A stretch of DNA of 62,999 nucleotides, filler included, from Octopus bimaculoides (GCF_001194135.2; 6 parts of 5 records of this genome joined end to end with filler, not necessarily neighbours in it); one strand, 5' to 3'. Shown: positions 49,360 through 61,769, counted from the whole stretch's first letter. Translations and numbers: made by a program. Notes: a model not told the origin generated them from the letters alone.

Positions 49360-50039
49360 TATAATAATAGTCATAGTAGTAGTATTAATCTAACCAATAT
49401 ATTTGTGGGATTGCTACTTCCTTAGTTTTGGCAAGTTATTTTTATATTTTAAGATTATCTTCAATTCAGATTTGTAAGTAATCATTTAAACAGTTATGCT
49501 ACGTATTACATATAATCCGTTACAGCTTTAAATTTTATGCATAGAGTTGGTTTAGAAAAAATATCTTTAAGCCTTTACATCTGGGAAAATAAAACTATGG
49601 CTTGAAATATTCATCCGTCCGTCCATCCATGCAGACTTCGTCTCGCGTTAAATATTACAATAAACGGAAAAATAAGATCGTATCATGGTTTTAGGGTTAA
49701 TTCCTCTTTAAAAAAAAAAAAACTATTGCACAAGTTTTGCATCAAGGCTGAAGAAAAATGTCTTGAGTGATGTGGGAATTAATGGCTAAAAACTGTGTTG
49801 TTGCAACAAATGTATTTGTGGTGGGAATAATTATTTCTATATTCATTAATGAAAGTATATTTTCGAAATTTGATTCTTGTTTGGCATTCTTTCCATTTAC
49901 TGTGTTCTCATAGCACTAAAGAATTATCTTCAGATATTGAGCATTTATTAAAGAGGGCCTTATAATTGCTGCTATAAATCAGCACCATGTACAGAATCTT
50001 ACATGGATGTATTCATCCATTCATCCATCTTCTCCGCAC

Positions 50040-50372
50040 ACCAGTCATAGAAGTATCGTAAGAGTAGAGTTCTCAAGTACTTACTTCATACGATTCTATC
50101 AGAGGCAATCGTCACTACTCTTTCCGGGGCTGGATTCCCAAGTGTAACCAACTCAGACGATGGACATTATCCAACCATCTCGTTTTTGGTCTACCTTAAG
50201 GGCTCCTGTCCGTTGGTCCAGCTTGAAGAATTCTTGCGATCCTTTCCTGTGACATTCTAATCCCATGTCTGTACTACCGGAGCTGTGACCTCCAAATGCA
50301 GATAAGTAGCGGCTTGAACCTGGAGCTTCAAGCTCCATACTCTGTCGAGTAATGTTACTCCGGGGATCTTTC
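50040..50372 (-). mobile_element. RTE-clade LINE C-terminal fragment (second family, Expander/Rex3-like)
   Basis: Across frameshifts: LRKIPGVTLLDRV...GRPKTRWLDNVHRLSWLHLGIQP...ASDRI. Confidence 0.75.
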
Positions 50373-50439
50373 GAAGGAACTCAATTTCTACTGATTCTAT
50401 TCGCGATTCTACCTTTTAATATGAAATAATAAACATAGA

Positions 50440-50585
50440 CGCAGGCTTGGCTGTGTGGTAAGAAGTTTGCTTCCCAACCACATGGGTCCAGGTTTAGTCT
50501 CACTGCGTGACACCTCGGGCAAGTGTCTCCTGCTATATCCTCGGGCCGACCAAAGCCTTGTGAGTAGATTTGGTTGACGGAAATA
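50440..50585 (+). mobile_element. SINE family C, 5' half
   Basis: gcaggcttggctgtgtggtaagaagtttgcttcccaaccacatgg...cctcgggcaagtgtc. Confidence 0.9.
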
Positions 50586-50654
50586 ATATATAATTATATG
50601 CATATATCCATACATATATGTACATACCGACATCTATATGTATACATACAAGCA

Positions 50655-50835
50655 TATATGAGTACAGGACATCACAAAAAAACGTTAAACACAATGAGAA
50701 ACGAAAACATAAAGACGAGGACAGAAAACGAACTTTTTTTCGAACAACGAAAAAAACAAACAGAGAAACGAGACATGCAACATAAAGAATATTATCCATT
50801 TTCAGTTGTCCCTGCTCCATCTACTCCGCGTTAAC
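50655..50835 (+). mobile_element. (TA)n-adjacent interspersed repeat, family P
   Basis: gagtacaggacatcac...cataaagaatatt...cagttgtccc. Confidence 0.6.
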
Positions 50836-50859
50836 GGAGATGTGATTAGAATGCCACAG

Positions 50860-51290
50860 GAAAGGATCACAACCATATGTGCACGATATAGTGATCTCAT
50901 ATCAAGATAAACAGCGCATGACCTTGCAGGTGGGGCCCAGTTAGAATTTTCTTCAGATCGAGTAGCCCATCCCACTCAAAAGGTCCCTGAATAAGGTTTG
51001 TTTAAGGATGTTTCCAAAGGTGAATTATCCAAATTATTCCCCTCAACACATGGCTATGATATATCCCTACTACTTCTGCTCGTGATCAGAGATGCACATA
51101 TCATCAGCCACCAAGGGACATGCTCAACTGGTTAAGGTCAAACAACTAACAAGCAGATCTGTGGTATTAAGCAGAATATTTGCTGTAGCCCATCTTTTAT
51201 ACCAAGACAAAACAATGTACATGATAACACTCCCAATCAATTAAGATCAGAAGCCATGAAAGCCACTGCCTGGTACTGCATCAGGACTTT
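50860..51290 (-). mobile_element. Unclassified interspersed repeat
   Basis: Minus strand cctgatgcagtaccaggcagtggc...gggccccacctgcaaggtcatgcgctg, recalled as an abundant Octopus repeat; single copy in this window. Confidence 0.55.
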
Positions 51291-51297
51291 ATTATTA

Positions 51298-51328
<31 letters not shown>

Positions 51329-51394
51329 GATCATCATCATCATCATCATCTATTATTATTCATGATAATAATAACAACAACAACAACAATAATA

Positions 51395-51595
51395 ATAGGT
51401 TTCAAATTTTAGCACAAGGCCTGCAATTTGGGGGAAGGGGATAAGACAATTACATCTTCCCTAGTACTCCACTCGTACTTATTTTATCGACCCCGAGGGG
51501 AATGAAAGGCAAAGTCGAAATTCGAACTCAGAACGTAAAAGACGGGCTAAATCCCGCCACGTATTTTGCCCGGCGTGCTAACGATTCCACCAGAT
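51395..51595 (-). mobile_element. SINE family A
   Basis: atcgaccccgaggggaatgaaaggcaaagtcga...gaactcagaacg...gcccggcgtgctaacgatt. Confidence 0.88.
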
Positions 51596-52027
51596 CAATA
51601 ATGATAAAAAAAAATAACTAAAAGACACCAAAAACCCTGCATTGTGCTAGAATCCTAACAAATATTCTTGAGATTTAAAGAGAATTGTCAACAAACCTCA
51701 CGACAATATTCCTTTCAACCAATTTGGCGTATAATAGCTTTTGATAACAACAACACCCCCTTCAACCGCTGTATTTGGGGGGTGAGCCACTTGTGTGGTT
51801 ATGACGAAATATTTCAAATATTAGGGTTATCTTCAGTTCAGACTGTAACTAATCATTTAAGCAGTTATGCCGTGTATTACATGTAAGCTGTAGCAGCTTT
51901 GAGGTTTTTTTTTATACAAAGATAGGGTTTAAAAATATACATTTAAGCTTTTACATCTGGGAACTTAAACCATACACACACACGCACACACACACATATA
52001 TATATAGAGAGAGGCATATATATATAC

Positions 52028-52066
<39 letters not shown>

Positions 52067-52173
52067 TACATACATTTATACATATATATATATATACATA
52101 TATATATTTATTTATACACTTACATGTGTACAGTTATCTGTCTATATATCTATGATATTCTTCGACAAGAATA

Positions 52174-52273
52174 GTATTGATAGTGACTTCGAAGTTTTTG
52201 CCAGCTACGCCGCTATCGAGCAGATGATGGCCTAGCTGGAAGAAACTTCGAGGTCACTGTGAATTCTATTCTC
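52174..52273. repeat. Foldback made of two decayed family-2 hammerhead-like halves
   Basis: gtgacttcgaagtttttgccagcta / tagctggaagaaacttcgaggtcac arms plus outer agaatag / ctattct pairing; homologous to 8925-8968. Confidence 0.7.
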
Positions 52274-52424
52274 GTTAAAGAATAGTAAATTCGTTCTCTA
52301 TGAAAAGTATTGAGTAATACTTCAGTTTAATGCAAAAGTATTTTTCATTATAACATAACAACAGGCATTACACACGCACACCCACACACATACACACACA
52401 GCCATACACAAACACAGGTATATA

Positions 52425-52860
52425 TATGAGCGGATATCAGAAATTATCCGCATGTTCGCCATAACATATCTTTATGATTATCACACTGCCTTCTGCGCAT
52501 GCGTGCTTATAGTTGGTACTATTGTGGTCACGTGATCGAAGTTCGAGCCTGATCGCGCCATTTTTCTTTCTGGCTTTACAGAGTAAGCATGGCCGCTCCA
52601 CTAGCAAAGTGCACCAAAGAAGAACAAAGAGCAGTGATCAGATTTCTCTGGTCGAAAGGTGTGTCAGGTATTAAAATTCATCGGAGGCTTTTAGCACAGT
52701 ACGGGGACAGTGCACTACCGTGCAGAAGTGTGCATGAGTGGATCGAGAAGTTTAAAAGTGGCCAGACAAGCGTGATGCACGAAGAGGGGCCAGGACGCCC
52801 GTCAACCTCCACCACTGACGAGAAGATTCAGCAAATTCGAGAGATGGTAATGGCGAACCG
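52425..52860 (+). mobile_element. Mariner 5' fragment (TIR-like end + HTH), different subfamily from 31.4-31.7k
   Basis: MAAPLAKCTKEEQRAVIRFLWSKGVSGIKIHRRLLAQYGDSALPCRSVHEWIEKFKSGQTSVMHEEGPGRPSTSTTDEKIQQIREMVMANR; no DDD domain. Confidence 0.9.
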
Positions 52861-53389
52861 GTTCACCATTACCTTTTCTCGGATCGCTGCTCTTTGTTCT
52901 TCTTTGGTGCACATTGTCAGTGGAATGTAAAGGTCAAAGGTAGAAAGGATTTTAACCTTCCTGTATTGTAGAGGTAGAGTTTGTTGCTTGTTTATAAGGT
53001 TTCTACAAAATCTCTATTTACTAATCAGATTGCTTATTGAACAGCGAATACCTAGAGAGAAACGTATAGACATACAACCTTTACTCAAATACATTTGTGA
53101 ACAACAAAGCACGAGAGAAACAACTTTCTATACAACAAGGCCATAACATGCCTGACTAATAACCCTAGCCTTACAAATGAAAACAAAAAACTCCCTAAAT
53201 AGCAACAACAAGTAAAGAAATGACCAGCCAAGACTTAGCACCTACGTACATTCTTTTGTGAAAAAAAGTTGATACACCCAATTACCAAGGTCTTAAATAC
53301 TGGACTGTAATCGAACGTACGACCCACCCTAAAGATGGAAAAACAATACACTGAATAGGGGTAACACACACCAAAGCAACAGTGTCATT

Positions 53390-53778
53390 TGCAAAGGAGG
53401 GCACCGTTAATCGAAAAGTTAACTTTGTTAACCGTTAATCGTTTAACCAGAAAGTTAACTCTGATAACAGTTAATTATTTCCTAATGTAACGAAAGTTAT
53501 CGATAAACCGCTAACAAATTTTTTATAGGAAAAAGCAAATATAACAGTTTTTGCTCCAAAACCATTTAAAACCACCTTCAAAAAGTGCCAAAACTATAAA
53601 ATCCGTTAACTTCAATTCAATAGAAGTTAACAGAAGTTAACTCAAGTTGACTTGAATTCACGGAAATTAATTAGTCCGATAATGGTTTCAAAAGTTAACT
53701 TAAAAGTTAAATGGTTTACGAAAATGTTAACTTAATTATCGATTGACGGATTAAAGGTTTGATGTCCAGGTTTCGCTA
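53390..53778. mobile_element. Probable hAT-type MITE rich in AAGTTAAC subterminal motifs
   Basis: About ten (a)gttaac motifs after gggcaccgttaatcgaaaagttaac; TIRs eroded. Confidence 0.55.
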
Positions 53779-53899
53779 TTTGTAAAAATGCTATCTTAAG
53801 AACCTACAAACCCTAAGGTCCAGATAATAGGAGTTGCAATAGATGTAGCAGAAGTAAATAGTGTAGCACTGGTATTGCACAGTAGGAGTGGAGGAATTA

Positions 53900-54131
53900 A
53901 ATTTGACTGCGATAAGATTTGAAGTAAAAATATAAAGGCCCGAAATTTTGGGGGAGGGGGCCAGTCGATTAAATCGACCTCAGTAAGCAACTGATATTTA
54001 ATTTATCGACTCCGAAAGGATGAAAGGTAAAGTCAACCTCGGAATATTTGAACTCAGAACGTAAAGACAGACGAAGTACGCGCTACGCATTTCGCTCGGC
54101 GTGCTAACGTTTCTGCCAGCTCGCCGCCTTA
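53900..54131 (-). mobile_element. SINE family A, well preserved
   Basis: aaggcggcgagctggcagaaacgttagcacgccgagcgaaatgc... through tail gggccttt. Confidence 0.94.
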
Positions 54132-54196
54132 AGAATAAATAGATATGGCGTTTTGGCAGTATTGTACCGATTCAGTGATGTCTGCCATCAATACTG

Positions 54197-54392
54197 ATTA
54201 TGATGATGATGATGATGATGATGGCAGCGAAGATGACATTGATGTTGATTATGACGATGATGATAATGTTGTAATGATGGTGATGATGATGATGATGATG
54301 ATGATGACGATGACGATGACGATGATGATGATGATGATGGTGCTGGTGACGACGATGATGGTGACGGTTGCAATGGCGGTGGTGAGGATGAA
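54197..54392. repeat. (GAT/GAC)n degenerate microsatellite
   Basis: Directly visible. Confidence 0.95.
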
Positions 54393-54637
54393 TAAGAACC
54401 GTTTGTTGGGCAGACATTCTTTGCAGCCAGGAATCAGAAACGGTAAAAAGGAAGAAAATAGACAACAGCATTCACCATAATTAATACTGTTGACTCCGCC
54501 ATAAAGCAGCAAAATACGTTTGAAGTTGATGTAAAATACTTACTTTTGTTGTGATACATATACACACCTGTGTGTGTGTGTGTGTGCGTGTGTGTGTGTG
54601 TGTGCATGTGTACATATGTATGTATATCTATATATAA

Positions 54638-54675
<38 letters not shown>

Positions 54676-55013
54676 NNNNNNNNNNNNNNNNNNNNNNNNN
54701 NNNNNNNNNNNNNNNNNNNTTAATTAATTAANNNNNNNNNNNNNNNNNNNNNNNNNNNNNNNNNNNNNNNNNNNNAAAACAGTTAGATTCAAATTCCTTG
54801 GTACTATAAGTCTCAAAGCGTGATTCCAAACCTCAGCCATTGGAAATTTCAGTCAAACTGTTTTGATCCATACATGTAACTCCCAATAAATGTGTTGAAT
54901 GCCCTGCTTTCATTTGTCTACACATTACATATGGAGATGGAAGGTAGACCTAGCGACAAGGGTTTTGATGCTCAGATAGGTTATTTAACAATGTGTTCTT
55001 GATACTTGTTAAG

Positions 55014-55690
55014 TGATGGAAGACCTATTTCTACGACAGACGACCTATTTCTCTAATTCACTTGCAAAGACAACAACACGAATAGTAGAAACAGGAGTTG
55101 CGGAAGCAACTAATACAGCAATAATTACAACAACAACAATTATTGGAGTTATACGCAAAGAAGTCCGAAAATGTGGTAAGTTCGTTTTTGCCAGACGGTG
55201 TATCTAACTCCATAACAGAATTCAGTTATAACCCAGAGGAGAGTATAACTTTTGCAGCGTGCTACAGAAAGTACGACGAGATTTGTAAGGAAAATTGAAA
55301 AACATGGTCGGACAGAGAAAACGTAAGGTAATTATTACGTAAATTAGCTCCGTCTGAGCATGAAGGATACTGTAATTTCACATTGTCCCAAAAGTCGAGT
55401 GAAAATTGTTTTCAGAAAACAATCAAATTACTGTCTAACATGTTCGCTGATATAACTTCTCTATTTAACACTCAAATGGAGTATTGGAAAAAAAGGATGG
55501 TAATTTATTACGTATACAGGAACAGACAACAGAATGTGTGAAAGTTTTAAACTTAAAGGACTCCTGAGATGTTTAAGTTCCTCATATTTGTACAAGGCCT
55601 TACTGAAAATGAAGATACAGAAATACGGGCAGGAATTCGTTCAAAACTGTTGCAGAAGAGTGTCAAAGGATGGTGAACCTGAACCACCAC
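55014..55690 (+). mobile_element. Ty3/gypsy LTR-retrotransposon gag remnant (K02A2.6-like family)
   Basis: Decayed Gln-rich N-terminus, then SNSITEFSYNPEESITFAACYRKYDEI..WSDRENVR*LLRKL..EHE..TIKLLSNMFADITSLFNT..CESFKL..EMFKFLIFVQGLT..VAEECQRMVNL across frameshifts. Confidence 0.85.
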
Positions 55691-56724
55691 AAAAGGAAAA
55701 TTCAAGAAAAAAAATTTCGCAAAAATACAAATGCATCGACCGAGAAAGTATAACCAAAAAAGACTGCTAGGTCTTATTCCATGTTACGGATGTAGAGGCC
55801 TACATCTCAGAAAAAATGTCTTTTTAAAAACCAAAAATGTTACAGATGGCAAAAATTAGGACACAAGAGTTCACACTGCAGAACAAAAGTACGGAAGTCA
55901 AATGCAAAAATTCTAATAAAATTCACATAAAACATACAAAATGTGTACGTACATACATACATACATACATGCAAACAAAAATACCCTGTTGCTGATGTTG
56001 AAATTCCAATGAAGGAATCTTGGATCAAGATTAGAAACCGTCTCTTTCTCTATTGGCAAGAAATCTTGAAATAAACTGAATAATGATATACATATATACA
56101 TACATACACACACAAATGTTGAAAAATTATACCTCAACTCATTGTGTGAGATGATTAATCGATACACTTATATAACGGATATTCGTCAATTAAATAATAT
56201 ATTGAATAATATTGATTACGAAAGACTAATTAACACGATGCGGTAAGATATATTCTTCTTTGTGTGAACAAATCAAATAAAGCAGACCGACACCTGGAGT
56301 GAAAGTGTTTGCTACCCACGCGCGCGCACACACATACACACAAACACACACACACACACACACACACACGTACAGACGCATGTATAGATAGTTGCATTGA
56401 TATATACGTGTGAATGTGTGTATGCATGTATGTATACGCATATACATGTACGTACATAAGCAAACACAAACGTGACGCATTCGTGTGTGCGTGCATGTAC
56501 ATGTAAAATATACACGTATATATTTGCATATATACGTACAAACACACACATACACACACATGTCGATTCCTCTATATATCTTTCTACCAATAGACAGATA
56601 CACAGACAGAGACAGAGAGAGATANNNNNNNNNNNNNNNNNNNNNNNNNNNNNNNNNNNNNNNNNNNNTTAATTAATTAANNNNNNNNNNNNNNNNNNNN
56701 NNNNNNNNNNNNNNNNNNNNNNNN

Positions 56725-56768
56725 AGCATGGAAAGTGGACGTTAAACGACAATGATGATGATGATGAT
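56725..56768 (+). mobile_element. 3' tail of an RTE-family element ((GAT)n end)
   Basis: agcatggaaagtggacgttaaacgacaatgatgatgat resembles the tail at 58694-58730. Confidence 0.8.
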
Positions 56769-56784
56769 ATATATATATATACGA

Positions 56785-58730
56785 ATAGTTCATGATGGAG
56801 TCATACCCAATGACTGGCGTAGCAGCACCATAGTCAACTGCTACAAGGGTAAAGGTGATGCTTTAGATAGAAATAACTACAGGGCTGTCAACTGCTGGAT
56901 CAGGTGATGAAGGTCATGGAGAGGGTCATAGCCCATCTCATTAGGGAGACAATCTGCTTAGATGAGACGCAGTTCAGCTTTGTGCCAGGTAGAAGCACCA
57001 CTGATGCTATATTCCTGGTTTGACAATTGCAGAAGAAATACCTAGCTAAAGATAAACCACTATACTTAGCTTTTGTGGACTTGGAGAAAGCCTTTGACAG
57101 GGTCCCCTGATCCCTTATCTGGTGGGCGATGTAGAAACTGGGGATTGACAAATGGGGCTGTACAGGCCCTATACAGCGAGGCCGTTAGGTTAGGATTGGC
57201 AATGAGCATAAAGAAGAATTCCAGGTAGAAGTAGGGGTTCACCAAGGATCAGCCCTCAGTCCCCTTTTATTCATCATAGTCCTCCAGACAATAACAGAGG
57301 AATTCAAGACAGGTTGCCCCTGGGAGCTCCTCTATGCTGATGACCTGGCCCTCATAGCAGAGTCACTACCAGAACTAGAGAAGAAATTTCGGGTGTGGAA
57401 GCAAGGCTTAGAATCAAAAGGCCTTAGAGTCAATGTAGTAAAGACCAAAGTTCTAGTAAGTAGGAAGGCGAACTCATTGCACACCCACTTAGGTAGGTGG
57501 CCGTGTTTGATCTGTAGAAAAGGTGTAGGTAGAAACTACATAAGATGTACCCAGTGTAAGCTATGGACACATAAGAGGTGCAGCAACATCAACGGAAGAT
57601 TAACCAGGAAGATAGCTTTCATGTGTGGCAGATGCACAGGGGCAATAAACACCACAGATTCTCAGAAAACAGATTCCATCACACTCCAGGGGGAGAAACT
57701 AGAAGTAGTTGATAGCTTCCGCTACCTAGGTGACCAAGTTAGTAGTGGGGGTGGATGCACTGGGCAAAGTTTAGAAAGCTTCTACCCCTACTGGTGACAA
57801 AGGGTCTCTTGCTCAGAGTGAAAGGTAGATTGTACAATGCATGTGTGCAAACTGCCATGCTTCATGGCAGTGAAACATGGGCCATAACTGCGGAGGACAT
57901 ACGTAGGCTCGAAAGAAATGAAGCTAGTATGATCCGCTGGATGTGTAATGTCAATGTGCACACACGCCAGAGTGTAAGCACCCTGAGAGAAATGTTGGAC
58001 ATAAGAAGCATTGGATGTGGCATGCAAAGAGACATTTGTGCAGGTATGGTCATGTACTACGGATGGATGAGGAGAGCTGTGGGAAGAAGTGTCACTACCA
58101 AACAGTTGAAAGAATCCAGGGTAGAGGTAGACCCAGGAAGACATGGGATGAGGTAGAGAAGCATGATCTTCGAATGTTGAGCCTCACAGAGGCAATGCCA
58201 AAAAACCAAGACCGCAGGGGATATGCTGTGACTGCGAAGACCCGGGAAATAAAGTGAGTTCATGGATGTATCCTACACCAGTTTTGCATAACCAGTCCCA
58301 GCCCATTCAAAAGTACTTGGATCATAGGGTGACCTGTTGTGCTTGAAGAGACATATTGAGTCAAGCACATCAACATCAAAATGAAAATCAAATGGAAATT
58401 GTAGTTGTGATACCTGTGCCAGTGGAATGTAAACAGCACCATCCAAACGTGGCTGATGCCAGCGCCGCATTGAGTGGCTTCCATGCCGGTGGCATGTAAA
58501 AATTACCAACCGATCATAGTTGTTGCCAGCCTCCCCTGGCCCCTGTGCCAGTGACACGTGAAAAGCACCCACTACACTAATAGAGTGGTTGGCGTTAGGA
58601 AGGGCATCCAGCTGTAGAAACAGTCAGATCAGACTGGAGCCTGGTGCATCCACCTGGCTTCCCAGAACCCAGTCGAACCGTCCAACCCATGCTAGCATGT
58701 AAAATGGACGTTAAATGAAGATGATGATGA
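56785..58730 (+). mobile_element. RTE-clade LINE, 5'-truncated: RT + PHD-type insert + C-terminus + 3' UTR + (GAT)n tail
   Basis: IPNDWRSSTIVNCYKGKGD..NYRG, FVPGRSTTDAIF, AFVDLEKAFDRVP, GVHQGSALSPLLF, LLYADDL, LRVNVVKTKV, VDSFRYLGD, YGHVLRM, GRGRPRKTWDEV; several stops and frameshifts. Confidence 0.96.
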
Positions 58731-58807
58731 TATATACATNNNNNNNNNNNNNNNNNNNNNNNNNNNNNNNNNNNNNNNNNNNNNNNNNNNNNNNNNNNNN
58801 NNNNNNN

Positions 58808-58848
<41 letters not shown>

Positions 58849-59097
58849 CACATATATATATATATATACATACATACATATATATATATTTATATACATA
58901 CATATATATATATACATACATATATACATACATACATATATACATACATACATATATAACAACAAGTGGAGCAAAACGCATGCTGATGAAAGTTCCTTTA
59001 CTTCCTACATATATGTTTCAAAACAAATGAGGGCCATTTCACAATGAAGAAAGGGCTGGTGGAGTCATATATATATATATATATATATATATACATG

Positions 59098-59138
<41 letters not shown>

Positions 59139-59371
59139 ATGTATACATATGTATGTGGGTGTGGGTGAGGGTGTTTGCATGTTTGTATATATACAGGAAT
59201 GTAGATATATATACAGGAACATATGTATAGGTGAGCGTGTATGTACATATGTACATGTGAAGGTTTCTGTANNNNNNNNNNNNNNNNNNNNNNNNNNNNN
59301 NNNNNNNNNNNNNNNTTAATTAATTAANNNNNNNNNNNNNNNNNNNNNNNNNNNNNNNNNNNNNNNNNNNN

Positions 59372-59454
<83 letters not shown>

Positions 59455-59524
59455 TCTCATACATGTACACATGAATATGTATTTGTGTGCTTGTCTCTCA
59501 CAGTATGGAAACATTTCTCATAGC

Positions 59525-60460
59525 ATAATGACGGCGTGCCTATGGGTGGAGGCCGAAAGAATCCAAAATGGATTCGCAGCGACATTGTTGAAGCTCACAG
59601 ATATGGAGACCAAGCCTCAGGGAAACGCTGATGCGCAGGCAGTTGCTATTAAGCTGAGTGCCAGTTACGAGTGATGGCACCGCATTAAGCCAAGCTCCGC
59701 TGTGAGGCTCGGAGGTTGAGCGGAAACATGCTAAACGGTGCTGGTCAAGTCGGGGGATTAGCTTGTCCGAGGTTATGCTGCACTAGATGGCATCCCATTT
59801 CTTTTGAGAGGACCGGACCTCCACAGAGAGGTACAGGCTGAGCTGGCTCCTTGTCGTGTAGGCTTCTTCGAGCTCCCCAATCACAAATGGTTCAGTTGTG
59901 TTGCGAAGAACCCTGTTAATGAGGACACGGCAAGAGGTCACCGACGCGAGAAAAGCCGGTAAGGCCAACAAGACCAGAAATTGAAAGCCGAGAACGCTAT
60001 ATTTGATGGGTAAAGTAGCCTATTGCCAGCCAGTGCTGTCAAACCGAACGCTGCATATCCCTTCGGCGACCCGTTGAATACAGGCATCGAGATCCATGAG
60101 GAGAGATGCGTGGTTGTAGCAAGGGGCACATCGGAGGGTATACAGTAACTTCGGCATGGCGAAGCAGTTTCTTAATAGGAACAATGCTGGGTGGGCGTCG
60201 ATTGCTGTCAATCATTCAAGCTGGAGGAGCTTAGACCTGAGGGTGGGGCGAATGGCAGGCAGAACAATCGGCGAACCAAAGATAAGGAAGTTTTCCTTTG
60301 AGGTCACTTTAACCTGGTGAAGTATTGAACGTACGTCTGATACGGAGGCCGCAAAGTCCTCTGCGCCGTAGTTAACGTTAACGACTTCCGATTTGAACGA
60401 GTTTATCTCGAGGCCGATCTCGCAATGTAAATATGTGTGGTGGCTATAAATTAACTCCAA
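59525..60460 (-). mobile_element. CRE-like (RLE-type) non-LTR retrotransposon internal fragment
   Basis: IGLEINSFKSE..GSPI..DAHPALFLLRNCFAMPKLLYTLRCAPC..WQ(Q)ATLP..LALPAFLASV..HSGAWLNAVPS..LRISVSLRLGLHIC..CRC..D.FGLHP. Confidence 0.82.
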
Positions 60461-60944
60461 TTTGGAGACTTAAAGTTGTCATAGAGTAGACTGAGCAGCG
60501 CTCTCTTCCCCTGGATACATTTAATGGCCTTATTGCTTTTAATGCAACCTTTTGTATATATAATTCTTTTGTTTGGATAGCACTATCTATATATGTCCGG
60601 TTTGATGTTTTGAAATTATGTATGCTTCGGACTTTTATATTTTATTTATCTACGTTTTATCGGTGTATTTCATTGTACTCCTTTTTTTGAAGAGAAGTAT
60701 GTCTTCTCTCTCAAGTTTCTCATGAAAACTGTTAGAATGTAGCAGCGACTTAGACATATATCTTAATAGAGCTACGTGAAATGGAGAGAAGAAAATGTAA
60801 GATACTTGTTTCAAAAAGCCACTCGAGGAGACGTATAATGCAAGACGATTGTACAGCACCTTGCCTGTGCCGTATAGATGCAAGATGAGTCGAAACTATT
60901 GTAGTGATTTTGAATAAAGAATCATGTGAATTCCATTTTCTGTC

Positions 60945-60982
<38 letters not shown>

Positions 60983-60989
60983 ACCACAC

Positions 60990-61020
<31 letters not shown>

Positions 61021-61280
61021 AACATACACACACACACAAACACACTAATCGCCCGAAAACACCGATCGAGAATTCCTTATACTCACCGATCAGTTTCGGC
61101 AATAATCAGGAAGGTCTTCAGCAGATTCCAGACTGAATTCTTTGTCAGTATATATGTTTTCACCCAAAATATCTATGGATNNNNNNNNNNNNNNNNNNNN
61201 NNNNNNNNNNNNNNNNNNNNNNNNTTAATTAATTAANNNNNNNNNNNNNNNNNNNNNNNNNNNNNNNNNNNNNNNNNNNN

Positions 61281-61660
61281 GTCTTCTCAGTTGCCGGTGT
61301 TGCTTGTATTTCTCTTGTTTTGATTGTTGATGGTGGTGTTGGTAGTAGGGGTTTTTTCCTGGGTTTTGGTGGTTGCCCTTGTTGCTTTTTTTGGTTGGCG
61401 GCGGTTGGGCAACTGTCCTTGAGGTGTGCCTCGCTGCCGCATACATAAGAACGTGGCCGCCTTCCCTCCACCACTACATATAACTTGTGGTCCTTTGCCA
61501 GTTGGATGTGTGTGGGGATCTTTTGGCACTCCTCTTCAGTGATGTGGAGGAGGACTTCGATTTTTTTTCCTCCTTCCCAGTTTTTCTCCTCTGCAGTAGA
61601 TATTGATATGGGCATGCAGGAAGTCTTGTTCAGGGTAGCACATATATGCTTCTGTTTACC
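61281..61660 (-). mobile_element. Gag-like ORF1 fragment with zinc knuckle (L1/Tx1-like or related LINE)
   Basis: LYVVVEGRRPR-SYVCGSEAHLKDSC-P: Cx2Cx4Hx4C with first Cys changed to Ser (61409-61450), followed by a K/P/T-rich tail. Confidence 0.7.
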
Positions 61661-61769
61661 CGAGTATTTGTATTTGTATTTATATAAATGTTTATCTGTC
61701 TGCGTGCCCTCGTACATGTGTCAGTGCACGATTTTATGAATGTTTATAATGGGGAAACCTGTCACATTG

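Noticed and set aside
61087-61180. Hammerhead or exon at CTGAAGA...GCCGAAAC on the minus strand
   Set aside because: No closing stem II and no stem I; the acidic frame is stopped before the GTGAGT donor; the contig ends 50 bp away.
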